From: an uncultured Planctomycetales bacterium
GTDB taxonomy: Bacteria; Planctomycetota; UBA1135
Assembly (NCBI GenBank): GCA_964637165.1
Contig: CAZWVI010000001.1
Coordinates: 28,488-92,487, forward strand
DNA length: 64,000 bases
Direction: 5' to 3'
Below are positions 28,895 through 38,315 of this stretch, one piece after another (positions within the stretch are counted from its first letter, which is position 1; every line of letters begins with the position of its first letter). Position numbers and translations under genes: made by a program. The notes under the pieces were generated by a model. That model saw nothing but the letters and a program-made list of their open reading frames with translations, was not told the DNA's origin and ran no database searches.

Positions 28895-28941
28895 ATGAAT
28901 CAGACGTGGGCAAGAGTTGCTGATTACACTAAACTTTGCGC

Positions 28942-29439
28942 ATGGGAAGTAATCATCCAGCAGCACTTTACCCAGGGACCTTTGACCCGGTTACCCGTGG
29001 GCATCTTGACTTAATTCGTCGCGGCCTCGATTTGTTTGGAAGCTTGCAGGTCGCAGTGGCAACCAACGATTCCAAGAAGCCACTATTCTCGACCGAGGAG
29101 CGGGTGCAAATGCTTCAAGACGAGACCGCTGATTTGGAGGGTGTCACCGTGCTCAGTTTTCGTGGTCTGGTCGTTGACCATTGTCGTCAACATCAAATTC
29201 CAGTAATCCTGCGCGGTGTGCGGACCATTTCAGATTTTGAATATGAATACCAAATGGCCTTAACCAACCGCGCGCTCGAGGATCAGATTGAAACTGTATT
29301 CGTCATGCCCTCAGAAGAATATTCTTTTGTTTCTTCCAGGTTAATAAAAGAAGTTTATGCGGCCGGCGGCGACTTGAGTCGCTTTCTTAGCCCGCAAGTT
29401 CGCAGTGCTCTAGTCGACCGATTAGCCGAGAAAAAATAA
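28942..29439 (+). CDS. coaD: Phosphopantetheine adenylyltransferase
   Basis: Shows AALYPGTFDPVTRGHLDLIRR, RGVRTISDFEYE and SSRLIKEV. Confidence 0.9.
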   Translation: MGSNHPAALYPGTFDPVTRGHLDLIRRGLDLFGSLQVAVATNDSKKPLFSTEERVQMLQDETADLEGVTVLSFRGLVVDHCRQHQIPVILRGVRTISDFEYEYQMALTNRALEDQIETVFVMPSEEYSFVSSRLIKEVYAAGGDLSRFLSPQVRSALVDRLAEKK

Positions 29440-29443
29440 TCAC

Positions 29444-29821
29444 ATGAAATTCATCTCTACTGAAAAAGCACCCGCGGCAATAGGCCCTTACAGTCAAGCT
29501 GTTAGTGCAAATGGTCTGCTGTTTACTTCCGGGCAAATTGCCTTGACTGCTGAAGGAGCATTACTTGAAGGTGATGTTTCCGCGCAGACCGATCAAGTGT
29601 TTGCCAACCTGTTAGCCGTTCTGGAAGCAGCTGCTTGTTCGCCATCCGATGTGATTAAGTGCACGGTTTTCTTGCAAGACCTTGGTGATTTTGCTGTGGT
29701 TAACGAAATATATGCCGAGTGGTTTGGCCAACATCGTCCTGCGCGAGCTTGCGTAGAAGTCGCTGGATTGCCGAAAGGGGTTGCTGTTGAAATTGAAGCA
29801 ATCGCTCAAATCCCCAGTTAG
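29444..29821 (+). CDS. ridA: RidA/YjgF-family reactive-intermediate deaminase
   Basis: Shows STEKAPAAIGPYSQAV...GLLFTSGQI...ARACVEVAGLPKGVAVEIEAIA. Confidence 0.9.
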   Translation: MKFISTEKAPAAIGPYSQAVSANGLLFTSGQIALTAEGALLEGDVSAQTDQVFANLLAVLEAAACSPSDVIKCTVFLQDLGDFAVVNEIYAEWFGQHRPARACVEVAGLPKGVAVEIEAIAQIPS

Positions 29822-29823
29822 AG

Positions 29824-30675
29824 TTATTCCTTAGCGTTTGCTAGGCCCCAACGCTGGCGTAAGTAATCGGCAATTAGGTTTAGTGAAAGGAGCGTTGCAG
29901 CTAATGCTACTGACGGAAAAAATAGTAGCCACCAGCAATCAACTAAAGGGTTTAATGCCGCCAGGCCGTCGGCGGCCAGGAGTCCCCAAGAAACAGCGGG
30001 TGGCTCAACGCCTAAGCCAAGGAAACTAAGGAAAGCTTCCATGAGAATAACTCGGGGCAATGTTAAGCCAAACATGATTAGTAATGATGGCGCCATATTC
30101 GGAAGTAGGTGGCGAATGATTATGCGTAGCGTCGATGCGCCACTACTTTCAGCGGCTAAAACGAAGGGTGCTGATTGCAACCGTAGGGCCTCGGCACGCG
30201 CAACTCTTGAGCTTGGCACCCAGAAAAGTAAACCGATGGCTAGATAGAAAATATGGATCCGACCGATTCCGACTTCTGCTAATTCGCTGCGGTATTCACC
30301 AAGCACTGAAAGTAGAAACAGAACGACGACTACCATTGGTAGTGATTCAAGCCCGTCGGCGATGCGCATCATGGTGCGTCCGAGGCGGCGATTGCGTAAT
30401 CCAGCAAATGCCCCGTAGGGCACCCCAATCAGCAATGCGATTAAACTTCCGAAAAGTCCTACGCTCAATGAAATTCGCCCACCGTGAATTAGCCTAGACA
30501 AAATGTCGCGACCCTTGGAATCACTTCCCAATAGAAAATCACCAGAAAAACTTGGTGCAGTTAAGGATGCATCAAGATTGATGTTTGATGGTGGTTGAAA
30601 ATTTAACCATGGAGCCAACCAACTAAGGGCGCTGATTCCGAGCAGGAAGGTCAATGCAAGTTTAGGTGTCTTCAT
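29824..30675 (-). CDS. Oligopeptide/dipeptide ABC transporter permease (OppC/DppC-like)
   Basis: BPD-transporter fold with the EAA-like loop (RVARAEALRLQSAPFVLAAESSGAS). Confidence 0.85.
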   Translation of the reverse strand: MKTPKLALTFLLGISALSWLAPWLNFQPPSNINLDASLTAPSFSGDFLLGSDSKGRDILSRLIHGGRISLSVGLFGSLIALLIGVPYGAFAGLRNRRLGRTMMRIADGLESLPMVVVVLFLLSVLGEYRSELAEVGIGRIHIFYLAIGLLFWVPSSRVARAEALRLQSAPFVLAAESSGASTLRIIIRHLLPNMAPSLLIMFGLTLPRVILMEAFLSFLGLGVEPPAVSWGLLAADGLAALNPLVDCWWLLFFPSVALAATLLSLNLIADYLRQRWGLANAKE

Positions 30676-31589
30676 TACAGAGACTCGACTTGTGGGTCTA
30701 ATTTGCTCAGCGCGATATCACCAAATAAAACCGATGTTCCGAGAATGGCGGTGTAACAAACAGTAACCCCTAGGGCTAATGTGTAATCGCGATTTAGGGC
30801 GGCTTGAATGAAGTGGGTGCCAAGTCCGGGGAGTGCAAATACTTGTTCAATGACTAATGAGCCAGTTAGTACCCCGGCCGCGGCTGGACCAAGGTAGGCG
30901 ACCACTGGTAAAAGTGCTCGGCGTAAAATGTGGCGCCGCATAATTGTTCTGGAAGGGACCCCACGAGCAGTTGCCGCGTGCACCGGTGGAGATTCAAGTG
31001 CTTCAAGTGCAGCGTTGCGGCTGAGGCGTGCTAAAGATGCCGCGAAGGGTAGGCCGAGGGCCAGAATCGGCATGATTAAGTTTTGCCAATTGCCCAAGCC
31101 AGCCGGTGGTAGCCACTTCAGTGAAAAGGAAAATAACACTAGCAAAAGTCCGGCAATTACAAAATTAGGAATAGAAAGAACTAACCCTGCAATCATTTGA
31201 AGAAGATTGTCAGTGAATTTCTGGTGGCGTTTAGCAGCCCAAAGTCCGGCGGGAATTCCAAGCATGAGTGCTAGACAGAGAGCGCCAATTCCTAATAGCA
31301 ATGAAATTGGTAAGGCTTCACTGATAATGTCCTCTACTTGATACCCGCGGTAGCGCATTGATGGACCAAACTTAAACTGGCTAAGATTTTTTAATGAGCG
31401 CCAGTATTGCAAGGGTAGTGATTCGTCGAGATGAAATTCCGCCTGCAATGCTTGTTCAACTTCAGGAGCCAGCTCGCGGTCGGCATCAAATGGACCGCCA
31501 CGGGCACCGCGTATCATTAAAAAAGTCAGTGCATGAACCGCAAGTATTACAAGCGCCCAATTAATTAAACGCGGTAATAATTTATTCAT
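30675..31589 (-). CDS. Oligopeptide/dipeptide ABC transporter permease (OppB/DppB-like)
   Basis: N-terminal LLPRLINWALVIL..., then LSRNAALEALESPPVHAATARGVP (EAA loop). Its stop overlaps the start of the next permease gene. Confidence 0.85.
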   Translation of the reverse strand: MNKLLPRLINWALVILAVHALTFLMIRGARGGPFDADRELAPEVEQALQAEFHLDESLPLQYWRSLKNLSQFKFGPSMRYRGYQVEDIISEALPISLLLGIGALCLALMLGIPAGLWAAKRHQKFTDNLLQMIAGLVLSIPNFVIAGLLLVLFSFSLKWLPPAGLGNWQNLIMPILALGLPFAASLARLSRNAALEALESPPVHAATARGVPSRTIMRRHILRRALLPVVAYLGPAAAGVLTGSLVIEQVFALPGLGTHFIQAALNRDYTLALGVTVCYTAILGTSVLFGDIALSKLDPQVESL

Positions 31590-33114
31590 CTTGGGTTAGC
31601 CAACTGAGGGTGCTCCAATCAATGCGGCCAATTAAATTGCGTTCAAAGCCCTTGAGGCGGGTGCTGACTAACTCACGATTTGAATAAAAGAATAAAGGCA
31701 ATATGGGGGCAGCGTCTAGAAGTAGCAACTCGGCCTCTTTACATAACTGCATACGGCTTTTTTGGTCGTTGCTGTTTTGAATTTTGGCTAGCAATTGGTC
31801 ATATGCTGGAGAGTTCCAACCAGTGCGATTGTTTTTACTTTTGGAATGAAAAATGTTTAAAAAGGTGCTGGGGTCTAAATAATCACCAATCCATGATGAA
31901 CGTGATACTTGATAATCAAGTTGGCGCTGAGCATCGATAAAAACCTTCCATTCTTGGTTGTAGAGGCGTGAGCTGACTTCCAAGTTTTGCGCCCACTGGG
32001 CCTGAACCGCTTCGGCGACATCACGGTGTAATTCGGCCGAATTGAAGTGAATTTCAATACTTGGCAGAGGGTTCTCGGCATCGTAACCAGCTTCTATTAA
32101 TAATTGTTTAGCGCGGGATAGATTGAATCCAGCTAAGTGGGGTGGTTGATAGTTATCCAGAAATGGTGGGACAAAACTAAATGCTGGGCTTTGTCCGCTA
32201 GCGAGGGTTTTTGCCAGTTGCGTGCGGTCAATCGCAAGACTTAATGCTTGGCGTACCAGTGGGTCATTGGTTGGGCTTTTCTCAACGTTAAAACGATAAA
32301 AGTAAGTGGCAAATGCGGGAGTAGGTTCGAATTCTTGAGGGTGACTTTGGAGAAGTCCATTGACGGCCAAAGCCGGGACGTCGGGAATCAGGTGAGCGTC
32401 GCCACTTAGGAATAAATTTAGGGCAGTGAATTGGGATTCGACCACCATGAAGTCGATTGCTGGAAGCTTAACGGTTTTTGCCCGATAGTAGTGCGGGTTT
32501 GGGATTACCCGAACTCGGTCACGCAGACGGTGGAAGGCGAGTTTGAAGGGACCACTGCTAATCTGGCCGGCGCCTTGTTGACCGTTAATCAGGCCGATTG
32601 GTAAAGGCGCAAGGGCGTACCAGGAACACATGCTGGCAAACCATGGGACTGGATTATTGAATTTGACCTCGAGTAGTTTGCCGTTGGCGCGCAGGCCGTC
32701 CGGAGCTAGGTCGTCCAGCCATTCCCGGTAGGGGGCACCGGTTTTGGGGGAACGCAGTCGCTTCCAAGACCGCACAAAGTCGGCGCTGGTGAGCGGTGAG
32801 CCGTCAGACCACTTCAGATCCTCGCGCAGGCTGAAGACCCATGAGCGGCCGCCGTCGGGGCTGTGGAAGGACTCCGCAAGTTCAGGCCGAGGGCTTAGGT
32901 CGATGGGGTCGAGAGATGTCAGGCCGGCGAAGAGTGCGCTAAGAACACGACCTTCGGGCGCGCCGCTGGCGATTTGCGGGTCAAGGCTGTGTACTTCGGA
33001 ATTATTCGCCACCACCAAAGTGCCAGGAGGGGCGGCTGGTGCAAAGCAGGCCGGGACGACTAGGCTCGCTAGCAACATCCAGCACGGTCTGGGCGGGCGA
33101 TGAAGTAATCGCAT
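31582..33114 (-). CDS. ABC transporter substrate-binding protein, family 5 (OppA/DppA-like)
   Basis: Signal peptide present. Family-5 SBP features include NNSEVHSLDPQ, LKWSDGSPLTSADF and a typical length (510 aa). It lies in an operon with the two permeases. Confidence 0.85.
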   Translation of the reverse strand: MRLLHRPPRPCWMLLASLVVPACFAPAAPPGTLVVANNSEVHSLDPQIASGAPEGRVLSALFAGLTSLDPIDLSPRPELAESFHSPDGGRSWVFSLREDLKWSDGSPLTSADFVRSWKRLRSPKTGAPYREWLDDLAPDGLRANGKLLEVKFNNPVPWFASMCSWYALAPLPIGLINGQQGAGQISSGPFKLAFHRLRDRVRVIPNPHYYRAKTVKLPAIDFMVVESQFTALNLFLSGDAHLIPDVPALAVNGLLQSHPQEFEPTPAFATYFYRFNVEKSPTNDPLVRQALSLAIDRTQLAKTLASGQSPAFSFVPPFLDNYQPPHLAGFNLSRAKQLLIEAGYDAENPLPSIEIHFNSAELHRDVAEAVQAQWAQNLEVSSRLYNQEWKVFIDAQRQLDYQVSRSSWIGDYLDPSTFLNIFHSKSKNNRTGWNSPAYDQLLAKIQNSNDQKSRMQLCKEAELLLLDAAPILPLFFYSNRELVSTRLKGFERNLIGRIDWSTLSWLTQDE

Positions 33115-33154
33115 TAGATGAAAGGATAACGAGGCGAAAGTCTAGAATCATAGG

Positions 33155-33958
33155 GTGAAGGAGCAACCCATACTCAGCATTCAGAATCTTGAGCTTCAGT
33201 CCACGGCTGGTACCAGCCTGGTGGCGGGCGTTGATTTTGACATTGCGGCTGGCGAATGCTGGGGCTTATTAGGAATGAGCGGGTCGGGGAAGAGCTTGAC
33301 AGCCGCGGCGATGATTAATTTATTGCCACACGGGGTCGTTCAAACTTCTGGCGAACTTTATTTTTCCGGCGAAAAGGTGGCTTCTGAAGATGAGGCAGCT
33401 TGGTGTAAATTACGTGGTCAACAGATTGGCTTTGTTTTTCAAGATCCAAGTACAGCCTTTAATCCAGTATTAAAAATTGGATTGCAAGTCGGAGAATCTA
33501 TTGAAGTGCATTCACCGCACCTAAGTTCTCAACAACGGCAAAGCCAAGTATTGGAATTGTTAGATGAAGTCGGTTTGGAAAATCCGATGGAAATTTATTC
33601 ATCTTATGCGCATCAATTGTCCGGTGGTATGTTGCAGCGCGCGATGATTGCCGCGGCAATTGCCGGAGGCCCCGATTTGCTAATTGCCGATGAGCCGACT
33701 ACGGCTCTGGACTTAACCGTACAGGTCAAGATTTTACAGTTGATTAACAAGTTGGTTATGCGTCGCAAGATGGCGCTTTTGTGGATAAGTCATGATTTGT
33801 CGGTTGTGGCCCAAGTTTGTCAGCAGGTGGCAATAATGAATGCTGGCCGCATTGTTGAGCGGGGCCAGATTGGTGATGTTTTTGCTAAGCCAAAGACTGC
33901 ATTTACTCGTGAATTAATGGCTGCGGTTCCTGATTTTAAGTGGGGACAAGTTTCGTGA
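33155..33958 (+). CDS. Peptide ABC transporter ATP-binding protein (OppD/DppD-like)
   Basis: Walker A GMSGSGKS, signature LSGGMLQR, Walker B LLIADEPTTALD. GTG start. Confidence 0.85.
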   Translation: MKEQPILSIQNLELQSTAGTSLVAGVDFDIAAGECWGLLGMSGSGKSLTAAAMINLLPHGVVQTSGELYFSGEKVASEDEAAWCKLRGQQIGFVFQDPSTAFNPVLKIGLQVGESIEVHSPHLSSQQRQSQVLELLDEVGLENPMEIYSSYAHQLSGGMLQRAMIAAAIAGGPDLLIADEPTTALDLTVQVKILQLINKLVMRRKMALLWISHDLSVVAQVCQQVAIMNAGRIVERGQIGDVFAKPKTAFTRELMAAVPDFKWGQVS

Positions 33959-34827
33959 TGGGTAAAACGACTTCAACTCCGCTCTTAGAGCTTGAAAAGT
34001 TTTCTGTTGTCTATCCGCAGGAAAGATCGCTTACTGGCCGGGTAAGTCGTTGGTGTCAGGCCGTAAGTGGTATTGGTTTTCAGGTTCATCGCGGAGAAAC
34101 TTTTGCATTGGTTGGTGAGTCTGGATGCGGGAAGAGTTCCACTGGTCGTGCACTATGTGGTTTGTCCGAGCATACCAAGGGCCATGCATGGTTTTGTCCG
34201 TCGGAGCAGCGCCTCGCCGCCTCGCCTAGTTTGGCTGAATTGATTGACAAGTTTGGTATTGGTGGTCGTGTTGATTTATTGAAACTTAATAAACAACAAT
34301 GGCGCCCTTTGCGCCCATCAATATCCATGGTGTTTCAAGACAGTGCGACTGCCTTAAATCCTCGGTTGAGTATTGGTGACAGTGTCGCTGAACCGCTTGA
34401 GGTTAATAAGCGAGGAAGTTCGGCTGAGATAAAACGGCGGGTGGTTGAGTTGTTTGAATTGGTTGGTATTGATCCTCAGAGGAGCCACCAGCGGCCAGCA
34501 AATTTTTCAGGAGGCCAACGGCAACGGATTTGTATTGCTAGAGCAGTTGCCTTGAACCCCGAATTAATTATCTGTGATGAAATTGTCTCCGCCCTGGATG
34601 TGGTAGTGCAAAAGCAAATACTGCAATTGCTAGAGGATATTCAAAACAAGTTCGGAACAGCTCTCTTGTTTATCTCGCATGATTTAGCAGTTGTCAGCAA
34701 TGTCGCCGAGCAGGTGGCGGTAATGCAAGGAGGTCAGTTGGTGGAAAAAGGGCCAGTTGCGAAGGTGTTTGGAAACCCGCAACACCGATGCACCCAAGAA
34801 CTGATTAAGTCAATCCCCAGACTCTGA
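33958..34827 (+). CDS. Peptide ABC transporter ATP-binding protein (OppF/DppF-like)
   Basis: Walker A GESGCGKSS, signature FSGGQRQR, Walker B LIICDEIVSALD. ATG 33958 overlaps the upstream TGA by 1 nt. Confidence 0.85.
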   Translation: MGKTTSTPLLELEKFSVVYPQERSLTGRVSRWCQAVSGIGFQVHRGETFALVGESGCGKSSTGRALCGLSEHTKGHAWFCPSEQRLAASPSLAELIDKFGIGGRVDLLKLNKQQWRPLRPSISMVFQDSATALNPRLSIGDSVAEPLEVNKRGSSAEIKRRVVELFELVGIDPQRSHQRPANFSGGQRQRICIARAVALNPELIICDEIVSALDVVVQKQILQLLEDIQNKFGTALLFISHDLAVVSNVAEQVAVMQGGQLVEKGPVAKVFGNPQHRCTQELIKSIPRL

Positions 34828-34845
34828 CTGGGGTATCCTACGCTT

Positions 34846-35565
34846 ATGTCCCTCCGCGCAATCTTCTTCGACATCGACGACACCCTGTTTTCCACCACGG
34901 CCTTTGCCGGGCATGCTCGTGAGCTTGCGGTGGATGCGATGATTGCACGTGGTCTCATGGCGAAGAAGGAGGAAGTCTTACCCGAATTGAAAAAGGTCGT
35001 TCTTGAATTTGGCTCTAATGACAATCGTCACTACAACCGACTCCTAGACCGGCTGCCAGAGTTTGCGACACGTGGTGTGAATAAGGCCCTCCTTGTTACC
35101 GCTGGAGTTATTGCTTACCACGAAGCCAAGTGGCGTGGCTTGCGGGTTCGCCCTGAGGCGCACGGACTTCTCGAAGATTTATCACGGACTGATATACGCC
35201 TTGGGGTTATTAGTGCTGGTTTGACTACGAAACAAATGGAGAAGGTTTTGCGTTTAGGACTAGATCGGTTTCTTGATCCAGGTTTACTATTTATTACTGA
35301 CCAAGTGGGAATTGCTAAGACAAATCCTGAACTTTATCGCACCGCGCTAAGTGCCGCTGAAGTGCAAGCAAGTCAGGCCATGCATGTCGGTGATCATCCG
35401 CTTCACGACATAGATTCTGCAGCGCTTGCCGGCATGGTCACAGTGTTGCATCGCGGCTCTGGTAAGCACGCTGAACTTAAGGGACAGCATCGGCCCGACT
35501 TTAACATTAATCGAATTGGTGAATTGCGCGGGATTTTAACCGACAATTTCGCCATCGATATCTAA
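34846..35565 (+). CDS. HAD-superfamily hydrolase (subfamily IA-like)
   Basis: Motif I FFDIDDTLF, motif II VISAG, motif III/IV K...HVGDHPLHDIDSA. Confidence 0.75.
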   Translation: MSLRAIFFDIDDTLFSTTAFAGHARELAVDAMIARGLMAKKEEVLPELKKVVLEFGSNDNRHYNRLLDRLPEFATRGVNKALLVTAGVIAYHEAKWRGLRVRPEAHGLLEDLSRTDIRLGVISAGLTTKQMEKVLRLGLDRFLDPGLLFITDQVGIAKTNPELYRTALSAAEVQASQAMHVGDHPLHDIDSAALAGMVTVLHRGSGKHAELKGQHRPDFNINRIGELRGILTDNFAIDI

Positions 35566-35587
35566 CGAAATAGCCAGTTAAAAAGAA

Positions 35588-35620
35588 AACTCCTGCGACT
35601 GACAAGCAGCCGCAGGAGTT
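35588..35620. terminator. Bidirectional intrinsic-terminator-like hairpin between convergent genes
   Basis: Inverted repeat AACTCCTGCG (35588-35597) / CGCAGGAGTT (35611-35620). An A-run lies upstream and a T-run downstream. On the minus strand the stem is followed by TTTTCTTTTT. Confidence 0.65.
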
Positions 35621-35640
35621 TTAAGGTTTAAGCTAAGTGC

Positions 35641-38295
35641 TTAGAGACGGTCATCAAGGTCATTTGCAACCTCAAGTGCATCAGTGATTTGTGCGCGGAT
35701 GATGATGATTACATCTTCCTTCTCGTTCGCTTCGCCTTCAGCTTTAAAGAGCATTGAAAGGAAAGGAATCTTGGCAAGGAAAGGTACCTCGGCACGTTGC
35801 TCAACATCAACAATCTTCTTAAGACCAGCAATTACAACTGAGCCACCATCAGGGATGACCGCAGTAGTGTTGGCGCTTGAAACACTTAACTCAGGGAGTT
35901 GCAGCGTAACCGGAGTGGTCAGGCCAGCAAGCGATGAGGTGAATTCAGGGATTGGACGCTTAAGTTGGGCTACGGTTGGGCGCAACTCAAGAGTGATGTA
36001 GCGACGGTCGTGACTGATGGTTGGACGCACATCAAGCACGATGCCATCAGAAACTACGCCAACTTGTGGGTCAGCGATCAAGGCAGCTTGAGCAACTTCA
36101 ACATCCATGTCCTGAACGTAAGTCACCTGGTTAACCACAGTGATGTAAGCGCGTTGAGTGTTGCGTGCTGAAACGGTGCTCGAGTTAAGTTCCTCGGCGC
36201 GGTTTGATTTTTCAACAGCGCGCAGAATCATTGACAACTGAGTGTCGTCAAGGAAAACAAACTGCATGGCCATTCCACCTGCATTTGATAGACGCGACCC
36301 GTAAGGACCGAGAATGTTTTCTGTGCGGGCGCGGATATCGCCATCGCCACCTTCGTTGTAGTAAGCACCGGCAGAAGGGTTGGCTTCAGCACCACTTGGT
36401 AGTCCAGAACCATCATTGTCTAAACCAAGTGAGGCGTTGTCCTCAAGACCTGAAGTTAGGTCGTCAAGGTTGGCCATGTCAGTTGGAGGGGAGAAGGTGC
36501 CGCCTAAGCCGCGGAAGTCAATCCCAACTTCTTGAAGGAAGTCTTTACGAACAGTTAAGAAGCGCGCTTCAATCGTAACCATTGAAGAGATGTAGCCCCG
36601 CATGTCTTGCAAGAACTCGTCAATCTCGCGCTGTACAGCTGGGGTGTGCCAAACAATTAGGTGACCGTTTGAGTAAGTTAAGGAAACTCCCTCAAGTTCT
36701 TCCCAAGTGTTCTTGGCAACGTTGGCCATAACCAAAGTCTCCAAGTTCATTGGGTCAAGAATCGGAACTGGCTCCCCAGTTACGCCACCTTGAATTGACT
36801 CTTCATCGTCTGAATCTTCATCAGGTAGGTGAATGTTGTCAATCTTTGGACCGCTGAAGTCCGTTAGGGTTGAAGTTAAATCTTGAACGTCATGCGCGCG
36901 CAAGATGAATTGACCTTGAGCGGACGAACGAGTGGTGATGTAAACAACACCATGCTTGAAGGTGTAAACAACTTCTGACCCGGCGGCATCGGTGATGACA
37001 CGCAGGGCGTTTTCAACGGTGATGGGGCGGTTTAGGTTTAAATCAAATTCAATTCCTTCTGAATCGACTGCCTCGACTGCATCCGGAGTGACCACAATTG
37101 GTGCATCGGTGTAGGGGCGAAGGCGATTAATTACTTCTTCAAGAGAAGGCTCAGCTTCAACTTGAAAGCCGGGGATTTTGGTCGAGGCAATCTCGGTAAT
37201 AATCGCTGCATTTTCTTCAGCAGTTTCAGGGTCACCACCGATTTCGCGGAAATGCTTGCGTGCTGCTGAAATCTCAGCCCAGTGGTCGAGATCTGGCATC
37301 GAAAGAATTTCGTTAGTTGGAATCATTGCCTCGGCAATGTCTTCTTGCCAACGCTTAAAGCGCTCATTGCGCTCTGTTAGAAAATCATCGTTTACCAACT
37401 CATGGCTGGCACGGTAGGTTGCATCACGCAGTTCCCGCGCGCGATCATTAAGCGGGTCTTCGCGCAGCAAATCTTCGCAAAGTTGCAAGGCCTCGTCATA
37501 GTTCTCTGAATCGAAAGAATCAATCGCAGTGTCAAGCATTAAAGCTAAACGTTGACTACGTTGTGCTGAACGAGCTTCTTCTTCAGCGCGCAATCGTTCC
37601 CAAGTCAATTGCTTTTCATTCTCGCGTTGGTTGGCCATCGCAGTATCGCGTTCAGCCTTCGCACGGTCAAGGGCAGCAGCAACGCGGCCGCTTAAACCAT
37701 TCCAGTCAATGTTGTAGCCAGTTCCCTCAATGCCGGCTTTAGCTAGGGATAGGGCCCCAACAGCTTCATCCAAATCTCCGTCTTCAAGTAGCTTGAAGCC
37801 GCGGTCAGCGTGAGCATGGATTTCTGCTTGCGCGCGTTGAATCCGCGCTTCCAAATTTAAACGTACATCGTCAATGGATCCAGTCAAGGGCACGCTTGCT
37901 CGGCCTAGTGCAACTTGGACTTGGTCAAAGAGTGAACGCACATCACGGTTTCCCGCGTCTAATTCCAAAGCAGCGATTAAAGAGTTTTCAGCTTCAAGTA
38001 GACGACCGTCAGCGAATGCTGAGCGGGCAGTATCTAAATGACCAGAAACAAGTAAAGCTGTCTTCTGCTCACGCAAATCTACATCTTTACGGCCTTGAAC
38101 AACAGGGTCTTGCACCATTGACCCAGGGTCAATGTTTGAGGTCTCGGAAACGACAGGCTGACTGGTGTTGTCGTTGTCGTTTACAACTACAGGGTTAGTG
38201 CAGGCAAAAAGGAGACCGGCCAGCAATGCAGGGCGGAGAACCGGGGACAGGGAGGCTTTCATTAACTTTTTGGGGGGCGGCTCGGAGTGAGCCAT
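35641..38295 (-). CDS. Secretin-family outer-membrane channel lipoprotein (884 aa) with a long TPR/coiled-coil N-terminal extension ('secretin A')
   Basis: Lipobox LLAGLLFAC. The N-terminal ~400 aa are helical and TPR-like. N0/N-domain-like segments are present (ITVENALRVITDAAG...VVYITT; NGHLIVWHTPAVQREIDEFLQDM). The secretin core shows GIDFRGLGG, FLDDTQLSMILRAVEKSNRAEELNSSTVSARNTQRAYI, IPDGGSVVIAGL and VPFLAKIPFLSMLFK. Confidence 0.9.
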   Translation of the reverse strand: MAHSEPPPKKLMKASLSPVLRPALLAGLLFACTNPVVVNDNDNTSQPVVSETSNIDPGSMVQDPVVQGRKDVDLREQKTALLVSGHLDTARSAFADGRLLEAENSLIAALELDAGNRDVRSLFDQVQVALGRASVPLTGSIDDVRLNLEARIQRAQAEIHAHADRGFKLLEDGDLDEAVGALSLAKAGIEGTGYNIDWNGLSGRVAAALDRAKAERDTAMANQRENEKQLTWERLRAEEEARSAQRSQRLALMLDTAIDSFDSENYDEALQLCEDLLREDPLNDRARELRDATYRASHELVNDDFLTERNERFKRWQEDIAEAMIPTNEILSMPDLDHWAEISAARKHFREIGGDPETAEENAAIITEIASTKIPGFQVEAEPSLEEVINRLRPYTDAPIVVTPDAVEAVDSEGIEFDLNLNRPITVENALRVITDAAGSEVVYTFKHGVVYITTRSSAQGQFILRAHDVQDLTSTLTDFSGPKIDNIHLPDEDSDDEESIQGGVTGEPVPILDPMNLETLVMANVAKNTWEELEGVSLTYSNGHLIVWHTPAVQREIDEFLQDMRGYISSMVTIEARFLTVRKDFLQEVGIDFRGLGGTFSPPTDMANLDDLTSGLEDNASLGLDNDGSGLPSGAEANPSAGAYYNEGGDGDIRARTENILGPYGSRLSNAGGMAMQFVFLDDTQLSMILRAVEKSNRAEELNSSTVSARNTQRAYITVVNQVTYVQDMDVEVAQAALIADPQVGVVSDGIVLDVRPTISHDRRYITLELRPTVAQLKRPIPEFTSSLAGLTTPVTLQLPELSVSSANTTAVIPDGGSVVIAGLKKIVDVEQRAEVPFLAKIPFLSMLFKAEGEANEKEDVIIIIRAQITDALEVANDLDDRL

Positions 38296-38315
38296 TTAGA
38301 GGGTTGGGGGCGCGA

